Source: Podarcis muralis (taxonomy: Eukaryota). From it: a DNA stretch of 63,360 bases. Below, one piece after another: positions 27,693-40,986 of the stretch. Within the stretch, counting starts at the first letter, position 1; every line of letters begins with the position of its first letter. The stretch covers positions 39,680,001 through 39,743,360 of the forward strand of contig NC_135656.1 in NCBI RefSeq assembly GCF_964188315.1, written 5' to 3'. A program made the translations under genes and the position numbers. The notes beneath the pieces are model-generated. The model was not told where the DNA came from. It saw only the letters and a program-made list of their open reading frames with translations, and did no database searches.

Positions 27693-30600
27693 ATATTACT
27701 GGTTTGTTAAAAATTTGTTACTGGATAACTGGCTCAGAACTGAAGTTGCAAATGCTTTTGTTTAACGTGATGTGGGGAGGAAGAGATGTTCCCGTTTGAA
27801 AACAACATAGTTCTAAAGCGACACCACAGCAGTGTTCTTTTCAAATAATGTTTATCCTGGAGGTATGCAACTTTTAATATAACTGTATGAAAACAAGTGT
27901 GTTCTTTCCTGCTGAGTTCCTTTTCTTCCATGCATTTCCTCTGAAGAGTGGGAAGCTGGCATTGCCTGAGTGTTGTAAACAAGAAATTTTAATAAGGCTG
28001 TTTTATATTTTGACATGTCCAATTACTCGTGAAAATGTTGCCCTTGCATTTTAAGCAGCAGGACGCTTATTCACTCCCCTGCTTCAGATAGCTGCATTTA
28101 CAGGCAATGAAGGAAAAATCCTTAAGGCTAGAACACAGTTTAAAGAGAATAAAACCCACATCAAAGGATGAACTAATGGATTGCTGTAATGCTTACTATC
28201 TTGCTTTCCCAAAGGGAATAGGAATGGCAGTAGCTATGTATCCACACATAGTGTTGATTACATCCTTTATGGTCAATGAGAGTTCCTGTTTTATGTTCAT
28301 AAACAGAACCTGATAACTGTTTTTAAGATACATAGTGTGGCTGGGTGTGGATTTGTGTTTGTTTGTGTATTTCTTTGATTCTCCATGCAAGATACAAAAT
28401 TATTGCACTTTAAATGGAGACGGCAGTAGTTGCCAGCTACTCAGCTCCCTGTTTCAGTTGGTTGTGCTGTGTGAAAAAACTCTGCAGCAGCGCAGTAGAG
28501 ACATTCCTTTATAAGCAGTTCTGTTTGTTAAATAGAAATCCCGCGGAAACATTTGACCCCTCACGCCTTGCTGCTTTTCAATTCAGCTGTGAGGCCTTTG
28601 CCATGGAATTATTTATCAGGGCCTTTAATTGCATGTGGGACAGTTGATAAATTTGAGTGCATTGTGCATCACATCACGTTAGGAAACATCCCAGATGCTC
28701 ATGTATAAGCCAGGAGTCATGGTGCATTTGAGTAAATAGCCCTCCATCTGCTTCTGAGGACCACTGCTGAGTAGCGATATGCACTCCTAATGGAGTTGTC
28801 TTAGCCTCCTGTGTCAGCTGCGCAGTAGGAGGTAGGGCCCAGTTCGTTTGAAGGAGTACAGCAATTGTATACTATAATCCTTCTGATTATGACCTCCAAT
28901 ATGAACAGACCTTTGGGGATGTACCATTTATGCCAATTCCATTTTTTTCTTTTAAAAAAAAAGAAATAATGGCAGACAACTTCCTTTTCTTCTGAACTAG
29001 CCATGGGGAAGTATAGTCTGTTGTGGCACAGAACCAAAATGATTAGCTAGTATGGTAGACATGCAAATACCCAGTGGCCTTGATATCCAAGCCCCTTGCA
29101 AATCTAATCTGGATGAACATACATCTGTGGTGAAAGTGTACGGGAGTAGAAAGGCACAGAGTACTGGCAGAACATTTCATTTATACTTGTTAGCGTAGAT
29201 TACTATATAGTTCCATAGGATTTTCAGCAAAACACACTGCCCACTTTTATTGCTGAAACACAGTCACTAAACAATTCAGCTTTCCAGAAAGTCAAGTCCT
29301 AATAATTACAGAGGCAAACCTTCCCCCCAGATGGTTGAGCTGTTTCTTAAATGCAGTATGTGACAATTTGTCACCAGGAGGTCCTCCTAGGGATAGTGAA
29401 ACACTTCAGTTGAACTGTCTGTGTTTTCAGCACCGGGGAGAATTCTGAGTGACAAGAAAGACTGTTGCCTGCAATATCCCCAGGATATATCCTATAAGTG
29501 GGTTTTGGGAGCCTCCAAGAAGAACTGAAGACTAGAGCCAAGGAAATAGGGATAAGCAACTAAGATAAGCTGTCTCATTTGAACATTGTCTTTATTTTTG
29601 CCCTTGTTCATAGCTGCCCATATAAATCTGCCTATATGCATTGTTCAGATGAGAATGTAGGTGTGTTGCGACTGCAGAGGTGTATATCCAAAAGCAGAGT
29701 GTAACTAATAGTGGGGAAAACACATCAAGAATGATGTTTCTTATGGGCTACCAGATTATTTTGATTATTTTTATAAAGAATATATCCACCCTGCCTTGTG
29801 AAGCAATACATCTTGTCTCTGGGATAAGCCTGCCATTTTCTCAGTGTTTAGCCCTTATGGAGTCTGTCAAATTTATTCAGATTTGTGTTTGTACATTTTG
29901 TTTTAAGACAATCCAACTCCCTAGCACTCAGTTCTGTTTTTAATAGTGGGGCCTTATCTTACTTAACCACAGCAGCCCCGTTATTCAACATGTGCCAAGT
30001 AGTTTCAGAAATGACACCACTCAGCAAGTCCATTACCGAACTGCCAGGGATAGTAAATGGCTTGCACCTTGAGTTCTGTTTACAGTAAGTCACGTAAAAA
30101 GTGCATTTCTTCTATAAATGGTTGAGTTTATAAGGCCTTTAAACAAGGGACAGCTTACACATTATCAACTTGGCAAGTCAGATACCAGAGCTTACACTTT
30201 AATTAGGCATTGCTAGAATAGCCGTTGCTGCACAGTTTGCATTCCAGAGGCTAAGATACACAAAGAGCCCTCTCACACATTTTATTGGAATCTTCTTGAT
30301 AAAGTCACAGTGAATATTGTGCTATAAATCCTGCTGAAAGGGGACCCTGGGCCTTTTCCTGTCCGTGCAGTGAAATTTGGGTTTTAACTTATTTGCTAGT
30401 TTGCCTTCATTATGAATTTCTAATGGCCTGCTCAGTTCAAGGTTTTCTGCATAAGAATTTAAGAGGGCCTGCAGCTATTACTGTGGACCTGAAGATGGTG
30501 ATAGGCCAGCCTTTGGCTTCAAAAGTTAGTGTGCTATATGCAGACACTATTAGAACCTAAATCGGGAAAGGGTAGCAGAGGAAGCAAAACTATTGGGAAG

Positions 30601-30716
30601 CAGAAAGAAGCATTCAAACCCAAAACAATAATGCATTGGTATTTTTATACATTTAAAACAGATGATGGGCAGCTTTGAATATTATAATATTACAGTAACA
30701 AGTGGGGCCTGCTATA

Positions 30717-30942
30717 CAGTGGTACCTCAGGTTACATATGCTTCAGGTTACAGACTCTGCTAACCCAGAAATAGTGCTTCAGGTTAAGAACTTTGCTTCA
30801 GGCTGAGAACAGAAATCATACTCTGGCGGCGCAGCGGCAGCGGGAGGCCCCATTAGCTAAAGTGGTGCTTCAGGTTAAGAACAGTGTCGGGTTAAGAACG
30901 GACCTCCCAAACGAATTAAGTACTTAACCCAAGGTACCACTG
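30717..30942. mobile_element. Tigger/pogo-like MITE, 226 bp
   Basis: TA TSD and TIRs CAGTGGTACCTC...AGGTACCACTG. Internal sequence is reverse-complementary to 13866-14075. Confidence 0.9.
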
Positions 30943-31543
30943 TACACTGTTTCTTGGTGAAGTGCTTCTGTTCCTTGTTTCAGCCAAGCAGCTATGGTTT
31001 TTCCATTCACCCTCATTTTTTTCTCTCTCCAGCAGTCAAGTCATCATTTTTTACTTCCTAAGTACACTCAGTTACCATCGGCCTGTTTTAGAGATCTTCT
31101 CCCTCACCCCACTTTTGGGGAGATTTTTTTTTTTTTTCATTTAAAAAATAAACCCCACAATGTGTACTCCTGCAAGTCTTGGGCTTTCCACTGTAATTTC
31201 CCTCATGTGTATGGATGGTACCATTTTGGCCACATAAGGATGGGCAGTCAGAGAATGCATTTATAAATAGTATATGTAGGATGTTAGGTTAGTAATAATG
31301 GATGAAGATAAGGCTGGCATATGCATGCTGCCAGAGAATATCCTTGGCAGCAGAAAGCAGCCTGGGGCCTGAGAGGGAAGAGAATTGGCCTTTGGCGGAC
31401 TCCCCACCCCACCCCAAAGAATCCTTTTGGCAGGGAGGGGAAACTTCCTTTTGACACAAAAGGTATGAAGTAAAATTGACCTTCTGAGAAACTTCAGTAC
31501 CATTTGCACTCAGATCTTTTTTCAATACAGTAATGCAATCAAA

Positions 31544-31709
31544 CAAGGAGAAGGGGACGACAGAGGATGAGATGGTTGGACAGTGTTCTCGAAGCTACGA
31601 ACATAAGTTTGACCAAACTGCGAGAGGCAGTGGAAGACAGGAGTGCCTGGCGTGCTCTGGTCCATGGGATCACGAAGAGTCAGACACGACTAAACGACTA
31701 AACAACAGC
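31544..31709 (+). mobile_element. BovB (RTE) LINE 3' end, 5'-truncated
   Basis: Characteristic acagaggatgagatggttgga...gtccatggg.tcacgaagagtcagacacgact...aacaac tail, with a 12-bp TSD AATGCAATCAAA at 31532-31543 and 31710-31721. Confidence 0.9.
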
Positions 31710-34700
31710 AATGCAATCAAATTCAGCTCTAAGTAAAATGGGTTGTGATGGTGTCTTTTAGCATTGGATCATACTTTCAGACAACATTGAAATAAAGTAG
31801 AAGAAGCACTTTCCTTCTACCATACAGATGCAATAGCTCTGTATTTTGACTACATAAGGATTGCACACTTGGAGAATGGTTTGCTCTGACCTAGTTCATA
31901 TGATTCTTCCCTTGTTTTTTCAAGGAGGAGAATCACACAATTGGCAGTTTGCCCAGGGGGTTGGTTCGCTGCATACCATCTCTACTGGAGAGGGAAGGTC
32001 CTCAGGCTACTCTTCCCACCACACTTTCACCTCACACATGTGTGAACTGGGGTTTCCTTATACAGTAGTATACGTTCTAGTGATAGCTTTTTTGGGGCGT
32101 GTAGGATTGAAAGCTAACTTTGGTGTACAGATTAGAAGAAGTTCTTTCTGTTCCATCATTCCAATCCTTAAATTTCTTTGTAGTTCCCTGCCTTATGCTC
32201 ACTCACTATCCTAATAAAAAAAATTCATGGAAATGTATTGATCCAGCACTGAATTATGTAAGCTTGAAAAATAGACCGGTCTGTTTTCAGAAAACAAAGT
32301 GACTACTTTAAACCTAGCTGATTTGTTTATAGTGCTGCTCAAGTCACTAATTCTGAGCAGAGGAGATGGAACATCTGCAACTCACATTGGTTAGGATCTG
32401 GGAAAGCTAATTGCCTCCAATTTGGTTAAAATACAGTGTCAATTACATTTTCAAACAACAGCTTCTATACTCTCTGTTGACAGCAAAGCTGGGGTGCCAT
32501 CCATTGAGCTATTTCCTTGCTTCGAAAAAAGCAAATTCACACAGCTATGTGATATTTTACCGCAGCCAATATTTATTCCTTTGCAAATAAGTAGACTTGC
32601 TGGCAACTGAAGTAAAATAGCTTGGAGTAGAAATGCCATCTCGAGGGTCCAAGAGACAGTTTGTTTCTCCAAACCTTTTCATTCAGATTGGATCACTAAA
32701 AAAAATAAATCAAAGTTATTTAAATAATTGTGTGGGGTTTTTTTTTTTAAGATTCTAAGTTTTTGATTAATGTATTTCCTGAAAAACATGCATACTGATA
32801 GGTTGCTGAAACACAGGTTAACTATTTATACAATAACCAATATAATACATAATGATAATAATACTTTATGTCAGAAATCTGATTTAAGAGATTTGAGTGT
32901 TGAGTTTAGTATCCTTTGTTAAATTAGTAATTTTTCTCTAGCCAGATTATTTTTAAGATGCTATATCATTAGTATACTAGACAATTTTTAAACATGCCTG
33001 CTAAACATGTCTATACATTAGACATTCCTTATCTCAGCACAGCAGACGAATGACTGGGAAGGAGAAAGGCTACCACAATATCCTCTTTGGTAGTCTGCAC
33101 ATCTGCTATTTCATGCTAAGTCATATTTGGGTTATTGTTATGTGCCATCCATGAATTGTCTGCAAGTTAACAGAAATGCACCATTGTGTTGGGATATTCG
33201 GCCTACTGTCCATTCTCCATCTCTCTCCAACAATCAAGATCAATCAAGATCAATCAAGACCACCTTCAAGTTATTACTGATGAGTCTGGATTGCCATGTA
33301 GACAAAAAGAGATATTAGCAGCTCAAGAGTGCTTCTTTTCTAAGCCTGTGCACATCAAAGACAACTCTGCCTTTTCAGACAATTGGTTGTTAAATCCTTT
33401 TATCAGGAGATAAAATATTATGATGACCGTCAAAATTCCTTACTTAAGTGCTTTTAAACATGGAGCCATTTATTACGTCCCTATGGAGTTTTAGGAGCTC
33501 CACTTTACCACTTGGTAGAACTAGCCCCCTTCTCAGCTAGAAGGATGCATGCAATTATCAATATCTTTGTTGTATGTTTGTACTATTTCAGGAGTTTACA
33601 ACCCAGCTTAAATTTTTTAGCAAAAGCATTTTAGATGTCGTTATTTAGAGATAGTTGTATAGAGATAATTTAGAGGGATATTCTTCTGAATTTCCTCATT
33701 ACCCCTGCCCACTCCCTGCCACCCAAGCAGTTTTCAAAATTATATATCCACACACTAACTTTCAGGTATTCCACAGGCTGCCTAGGACATTTTTTTCCTG
33801 CAGTGTAAGGTCTGATTGAACTCTAACCCAAAATATATTCCAAAATATTTTTTTCATGTGGTTATGAATATTTGCAGCCAGCATGAAGTAGCTGGTGGTA
33901 AAGTACAATGAAAGAAGGGGAACATTGTCCTAAAAGAGAAATCAAAGGGGGAAAGAGTTGCTTGAGATACTTTTTCTAGCTGTCCTCAATCTCTTATCAG
34001 TTTTATAAGTGTGTTTTACCTCTAATGCCTGAGGATCTTAATAATTCTGCATTTAATACATTAGAAACTCAAAAGTCTGTACAGATTACAACAATGGCAG
34101 ATTTGGGGTTCTTTATTTGCCTTACTGTTGCCTGGTGGCTTGAAGCCAAATATTATAGCTGAGATGCTCAGTATTCTGCCAAGAACTTGCATAGAGGGCT
34201 TTCTGCTGCATCTTGCCCTTCTTGACCTGGCACCAACTACTATGTTGAGAAGATTAATACAACTCTGGATGTCCAAGAGCAGGCATACCCCTAATTTATT
34301 TATTTCTAACGTAGAGAGAGAGTTAAATAATTCATGGAAAAGAGTTGACAGGATTTCTCATTTTTGTCCCTCCCTCCAAGGGCAGCACCATCTCTCAGGC
34401 TTTAGGCATGAGTGGCCGAGAGGAACTCTTTCTCCCAATGCCCTGGATTGATGGGAGGAAGCCTGAGTTCTCAATTAAAGCTGTAATTTAGTTTTGCATT
34501 TCAATTTTAAAACCAAACAGCCTCCAGTCTTTTTCATGAGTCATGAACCTTTTTGCATGAGCGAGTGAGGAAATAAGTGAATATGCATATTAGTATTTTT
34601 TCTTCCTCATGTAATGCCCACTTTGTTTGCTTAAATGAGTGCCCTTTTACTTCATTACACTGTTGGTTAATGTAATTCTGTGTCTTTGCGAGAGCAGATC

Positions 34701-37700
34701 TCATCATCAGTTTTCCTGCTTGTTCATAAGCGCTTGAAAGCCAGGGAAAGATGGTGACAAAAAGTGCGACACCAGCTTCCCTGCTTTTAAAGGCTGTAAT
34801 TGATATTGCCTCTGTGTCCCCCATCAAGCAAGAAAAGGTAGCTTTAGCAATAAATCTGTAATCCTTGTGCTTATAGCTTTTTTCTCCCTTTTAATTAGAA
34901 GATATATCTCATTAGACAAGAAGGAAATTTCTGATTAAAACCAGTAATTGAATGTAAAAACATATTTTTCTCTTTCTGTGTTTAAGCGTTTTGTAGGTGA
35001 CAAGCACCACATACAGCTTCATTAAATGATTACATAATGTGCAATTTTACAACGGTGTTGATTTAAAGCTTTGGGTCTATTTGTTGAATGGCTGGTGGTC
35101 ACACACAGATGGGCTGTTGATCTGTTGTAATTCTGACACTATGTGCCTATAACAAGAGTTAGTTTATGGGCTTCAGGTTTTTGTTTATTTTTCTTCAAAA
35201 CAAACAAACAAAAAATCTTCCACAAAACAGCTACTGGTATGAGGCATATTTCTTCCAGATTTAGTTTCACTTTTATTATTTTTATTACTAGATTATTCAT
35301 CCCTTCTGAAAATACTAGTAAATGTGGTTTGCATTACTCCAGATGTAAATATAACTCCCTCAAAAGATGTGCTGAGCAAGTTGCTGTGTGCTTTCAGCAC
35401 TGAGGAATTGCCAGGATTTGATTATTTGTGGTGACGCCTTAATTTGTTATGAATGCTGCCTTCATTGTAATTTTCAAGTTAGTCCAAACCTTGTGGAGGC
35501 AAGCAGATACATCTGTGTGTGAAGACAGGCTAATGCCAACCTACCACACGGGAATTGTGGGAAAGTAAAGATGATGGTGGCTAGGTTTGAACCATGTCAT
35601 GGTTAGTGTTGCTCCACCTCTAGTTAATGACTCATTCTTTTGCTCAGAGTTAAGATCTGCCCATGCTTTTCTCTCGTGTTTGGTTGCTTCTTCCTGGTTC
35701 TTGGCATAAGTAGATGTATTGTATTATCAGTTTGTTCTACTGATTATGTTGTTTGTATTGGTTTGCAGATACTCTGCATGCCTTTTCAAAGCACATTTAC
35801 TCAAGTGGATTTTGCTTTATTTTATTTTATTTTCCCCCATTGTGCACACATGTTCACACTACCACCACAAAGCTGAAAATAAATAAAGGGGAAGCCTTCT
35901 CCGTCAAAAGTTTTAACTTTACACAAACCCCACCCCGCACCCAGCATAAACTAATGTGACTTTGCGTATATCACAGTACAGTCTCTATGTAAAGGGGAGA
36001 GAAAAACTTCAGATACACCAAAATATAAATGAAAATAAAGAATACAGATGTACTTCAGGCCCCACAAAATCTGCAAGTGTTTCGATATTTCAAATATAAA
36101 CATTTCCTATCTGAAAACCATGGAGGAAAAGCAGGAAAAACACACTGGACCTTAAAATGTAACTCTAACCATGAAACTCTGCAGTTCAGGGAAACATTTC
36201 CCCCACTCAACAGCACCAGAGATACCTTCCAACCACATGGGTGATACAGTATTTCTCAAGACAGTAGGTTCAGGTGTGTTAGATTCATGCATGCTGGGAA
36301 CTTGTGATGGCAGACTTGTGATACACCACAGTAGTGCATCCACATGTGGTACTGGCACAAAGAGTTTCAAGAGTCAGACTGAGTGCCTGCCAGCAGAACT
36401 TATCTCCAGGGGTCCAAGAGGTGGTTTTAATTTTTATAAAACAAAGAATATAGGTGCCTACTGGAAGGGATTTTTCTTTGATAGCAAAATGGCCATAGAT
36501 GCCAGGTGTTCTTTTAAAAGGTAGTTGTATGCACTTGGTGGGATAATCAGTACCAGGCAATGCACAAGAGCCATTTGTGCTGTAAATTAATGAGTGACAG
36601 GGTACTGCCCTGGTTGCATTTTGATATGGGAAAGATTACCCTAGCATATCCAAAAGTACTCCTATATTGATTTGTACCAAAGGTTGAGACTGGTAAGGTT
36701 CTCCCTCTCAGTCCATTCCACCTCCTTGTGGATGACCATCTCCCTCTGAAATTTGAACAATTCGGTTACTTCAGGAAGTGTTTCCTTGTACTGTAGGCGA
36801 GTGTTCTATATGGCTTGGGTGGCAAAGACCCTGATGTTACTAACTGTAATTGTGCAAAATCATAAAAGTCATAAATTTCGAAAATTAGGGGTCATTGTAT
36901 ATTTGCTTTAGGTCTTTAAATAGCCTTCCTTGGTCATGAGGACTGGTGCCTTATAAAAAAAAGTTTAGATAATAAAATTCTGGAGTTGGATATGTGGGTG
37001 GACATCTGCTCATAGATCAGGGCTTTCTCATCTCCCCCTTCCCAGTGTAGACCCGGGGGTGGGGGACTTTAAAAATGTTATTGAGAATTATTAGACCCTC
37101 CAGAGTGATGCTGAGTGTGGTAAGAAGTGGAAATAAGGGGGGGGGGAACCCCCATGGAAACGGACATGCTTTTCTCTCACAAATGCCTTTAGGTTTAAGT
37201 ACAGAAACATACATACATCTGAAATAATACGATACCTATATGACTTCTAAAAGTAAAGGCATCAGTTATCTGTAGAAATTACTGAAGTTTCACCATCCAT
37301 GGACCTGCTGTGGAGAAGGTGTCTAGAGCTCTAGTCTAGAGCAACTGCATACTTAATGCATTGAGAGCACAGCAAAGATGCAGGTCTTTGCTTTCAGTAG
37401 AGGACACAATGGTACCTTGGGAAAAGTTGTTTCTAAAGATCTTGGAGCTTTCAAAACTTGTCCACAACACCGCTCTGCAAGTGTGAACAGTACAGTGGTG
37501 TGGTAATTATGCCCAAACATCCCCTACAGATGTACTTAATGTGGTTTAGCTTTGCTTACGTGAATGTAGCCGAAACTGGAGGAGGGACCCAGCCTTTCAA
37601 GTCTGAACAGCATTATATGAGACAATGTTGACAAGGGGAAAAATAGGCTTGTGAAGTCTGTTTGCATTTATAACTAATTGAAGGTTATATGCCTAACACT

Positions 37701-38110
37701 TCTGCCTCAGAAACCAATATGTGAATACATTGTTCAAATGAATCATCAAATTGAAAACCTTTCCAGCATCATTAAGGCTTCTATCTTTCATTCATGTTCT
37801 GTCTTCACAACAACTTGTTTGGTGATTCTGCCTTTCCTAATCAGTGCAGTGTTGACATTTTAAAAAACGTGCTCACAATGACTCTTTTTATTACAATAAA
37901 CTGTTTTGACAGTGTTGTACGCAGATGAAATTCCTGTCTTGGGGAGCATCCATCTCACCTTTACTGTCATGCTCCCACTTACCTGTTGGCGCAGAACATA
38001 ATGAAAGCAAAGTTAATTTAAAATTGTTCCCATTGTCAGCAGCAAAAATGAAACTATAGCTTTGGGGGAGAAAAGTGTTTCATTGCTGGTGTACCTGCAA
38101 CCGAAAAGTA

Positions 38111-38352
38111 CAGTGGTACCTCCGGGTGCGAACTTAATCCATTCCGGAGGTCCGTTCGTAACCGGAAACTGCTCGTAACATGAGGCACTCTTTCCCTAAT
38201 GGTGCCTCCTGCTGCTGCCGTGCTGCCGGAGCGCAATTTCCGCTCGCATCCCAGGGCAAAGTTCGCAACAAGGGGCATCTACTTCCGGGTTAGCGGAGCA
38301 CGTAACCCAAAGAATTCGTAAGGGGGACGGTTCGCAACACGAGGTACCACTG
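38111..38352. mobile_element. Tigger/pogo-like MITE (different subfamily)
   Basis: TIRs CAGTGGTACCTC...GAGGTACCACTG with TA on the left. The right flank is a short (GGAA)n run instead of TA. Confidence 0.82.
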
Positions 38353-39637
38353 GAAGGAAGGAAGGAAGGAAGGAAGGCTGATTAAATGCAAATGTGTATA
38401 CTAGCATTGCCAGCTGGTTAGGAGCATTTGCCTGGTTGATGCCTATTTTGTCTCATTGCGGATAGCTGTCTCAATGCATGTGTTAAAGAGTATGCCATGG
38501 AGCACTATAGAATATGAATACAGTCTCAGGGTTGTTGTCTTCCCTGTTAGGTAGGAGTCTAGATAAAGAACAGGTTTTTGTTTTGTTTTTACTGTTGTTT
38601 TACCCTCTCTCTTTTTAGTTTTTTTTTTAAATTCTTTTATAGAAGCTGCCGTGGGAACTGGAAAAATGAGCTAAGACCATGTTAGATAAAATAAAATATT
38701 TATACGGTCATTTGTTAGCAAGATGGGGGAAATTCATCCTTAATGCACCGTCTGCTGCCACATATTAGAGTTTGGGTGATCTGTGTAGTTACCTGAAGCC
38801 TACGCAATTATGGCTTCCTGAACATTTTATCTTGCAATCCTTTCTGCACTTACCTGGGTGTAAGTCCCATCAAACTCACTGCAGCATTCTTCTGAGGAGA
38901 CATTTATGATGTTGTTGCTATCAGTTCTCCCAAGGTGGGGCAGAGTGCCTGATTTTCTGAAAGTGTTATCCTTCACTTTGAGTTTACTTCAGTTTTGGAT
39001 AAGCTGCCTTCAGCATGTTGACAATTAAGAGTCCATTTTGGAACAGTGGTGTGCAACCAAGTTGCTGTGTACAGTGCTTGATTCAACATACCATTTCTTC
39101 CATTTGGAGGCTCAGGGCTGTGCTGCCAAATGAAATAGCAGTGCTCAAGCACAAAGCTCTGGCATTTTGTCTCTCACAAATGGGCCCCTTATGCTGCTGG
39201 TGTTGTCGCTCCTGTTCAGATGGAGGTATACATGTACCCATTAGTGAGATTCCATTATTTATTATAATAAAATAATAATCAAAATTCCATAATATTGGAA
39301 GGTTGAATTGCACAAGCATTTCCTTGAATGCACTTAAGAGTTCAACGACCGTGTGCGTGCATGCATGCTTACATCTCCATTTATGCAGCAGAGAAAGTGT
39401 AATAAGGGCTGAGAAGTTAATCAATGCCTGTTTTTAGGCTTAATTTATGGATGTCCAATCTGTAGCTCCCTCAACCTCCAATTCATTTCTTAATTATGTT
39501 TGTAAAGAACAGCGGAAGCCTGTTTTCACCAACTGTGTTGTCTGCCACTTCCTATAGATCGATTTTTTCTTTCTTTCATGGCACAGTGAGAGCAGCTGAG
39601 CAATACATTGTGATGGACCTGGATAAATTCAGAAATA

Positions 39638-40986
39638 CCGTATTTTTCGCACGATTGGACGCACCGGACCATAGGACGCACCTAGTTTTTTTGGGGGGAA
39701 ATAAAGGAAAAAAAATTCCCCTTTATTTCCCCCCCAAAAGCAGGTCAGGGAAACCGAACCAGGTCGAGGAACAGCGGGATAGTGGCGCTGCGCCTCCCTG
39801 CTGTCCCCCAAGCTTGTGGTGCTGGCCGATGTCTGTCCGGCGGGCGGGGAGCTCTGCTTCAGGGCGCCCCACCCGCCAGGCAGCAGGCTGCTATCCGCAG
39901 CGTGGGGAGCCCTGTGGGGAACTCCTGCAAGGCTCCCCACTCTGCGGATGTATGCCTGGCGCGAGGGGCGCTCTGCTTCAGGGCGCCCCACCCGCCAGGC
40001 AGCAGGCTGCTATCCGCAGCGTGGGGAGCCCTGTGGGGAACTCCTGCAAGCCTCCCCACTCTGCGGATGTATGCCTGGCGCAAGGGGCGCTCTGCTTCAG
40101 GGCGCCCCACCCGCCAGGCAGCAGGCTGCTATCCGCAGCGTGGGGAGCCCTGTGGGGAACTCCTGCAAGCCTACCCACTCTGTGGATGTATGCCTGGCGC
40201 GAGGGGCGCTCTGCTTCAGGGCGCCCCACCCGCCAGGCAGCAGGCTGCTATCCGCAGCGTGGGGAGCCTTGTGGGGAACTCCTGCAAGGCTCCCCACTCT
40301 GCGGGTGTATGCCTGGCGCGAGGGGCGCTCTGCTTCAGGGCGCCCCACCCGCCAGGCAGCAGGCTGCTATCGGCAGCGTGGGGAGCCCTGTGGGGAACTC
40401 CTGCAAGCCTCCCCACTCTGCGGATGTCTGCCTGGCGCGAGGGGCGCTCTGCTTCAGGGCGCCCCACCCGCCAGGCAGCAGGCTGCTATCCGCAGCGTGG
40501 GGAGCCCTGTGGGGAATTCCTGCAAGGCTCCCCACGCTGCGGATGTGTTCCCGAAGCGCCTGGAGCTCTGCTTTCAGGGCGCCCGGCGCTCCGGGAAGCA
40601 GCCTGCTATCCGCAGCCTAGACACGGCTAGCGGAGCGCTAATCCCGAAGCCCCAAGCTTCGGGATTAGCGCGGCGCTTCGCTAGCCCTGGGAGAGCCACG
40701 CAACATCGCGGGGCTCTCCCAGGGCTAGCGAGACCTTGCCGGCACCCAGAAGCTTGGGGCGCGCTGAGCTCTGCGCGCCCCAAGCTTCGGGATTAATGCA
40801 GCGCTCCGCTAGCCGCGGCTAGCGGATAGCTTCCTGAAGCCTGGAGAGCGAGAGGGGTCGGTGCGCACCGACCCCTCTCACTCTCCAGGCTTCAGCGAAA
40901 GCCTGCATTCGCTCCATAGGACGCACACACATTTTCCCTTGCTTTTTAGGAGGGAAAAAGTGCGTCCTATGGTGCGAAAAATACGG
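39638..40986. mobile_element. Non-autonomous Tc1/mariner (Tc2/Kanga-like) element, 1349 bp
   Basis: TA TSD at 39636-37 and 40987-88. 27-bp TIRs CCGTATTTTTCGCACGATTGGACGCAC versus CCGTATTTTTCGCACCATAGGACGCAC (2 mismatches). Sub-terminal CCATAGGACGCAC copies at both ends. No transposase. Confidence 0.9.
39822..40620. repeat. GC-rich 119-bp tandem array, about 6.5 copies, inside the Tc2-like element
   Basis: Units start at 39862, 39981, 40100, 40219, 40338 and 40457. The minus-strand ORF track repeats with the same 119-bp period. Confidence 0.97.

Noticed and set aside
39822-40620. CRISPR-like appearance of the regular palindromic array
   Set aside because: The units are head-to-tail with no unique spacers, there are no cas genes, and the context is a vertebrate intron.
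39496-40796. Three long overlapping + strand ORFs (374, 282 and 326 aa) and repeated 83-aa minus-strand ORFs
   Set aside because: They are products of a GC-rich 119-bp unit with no + strand stop in any frame. Because 119 is not divisible by 3, the same peptide cycles through all frames. No transposase or other domain is recognisable.
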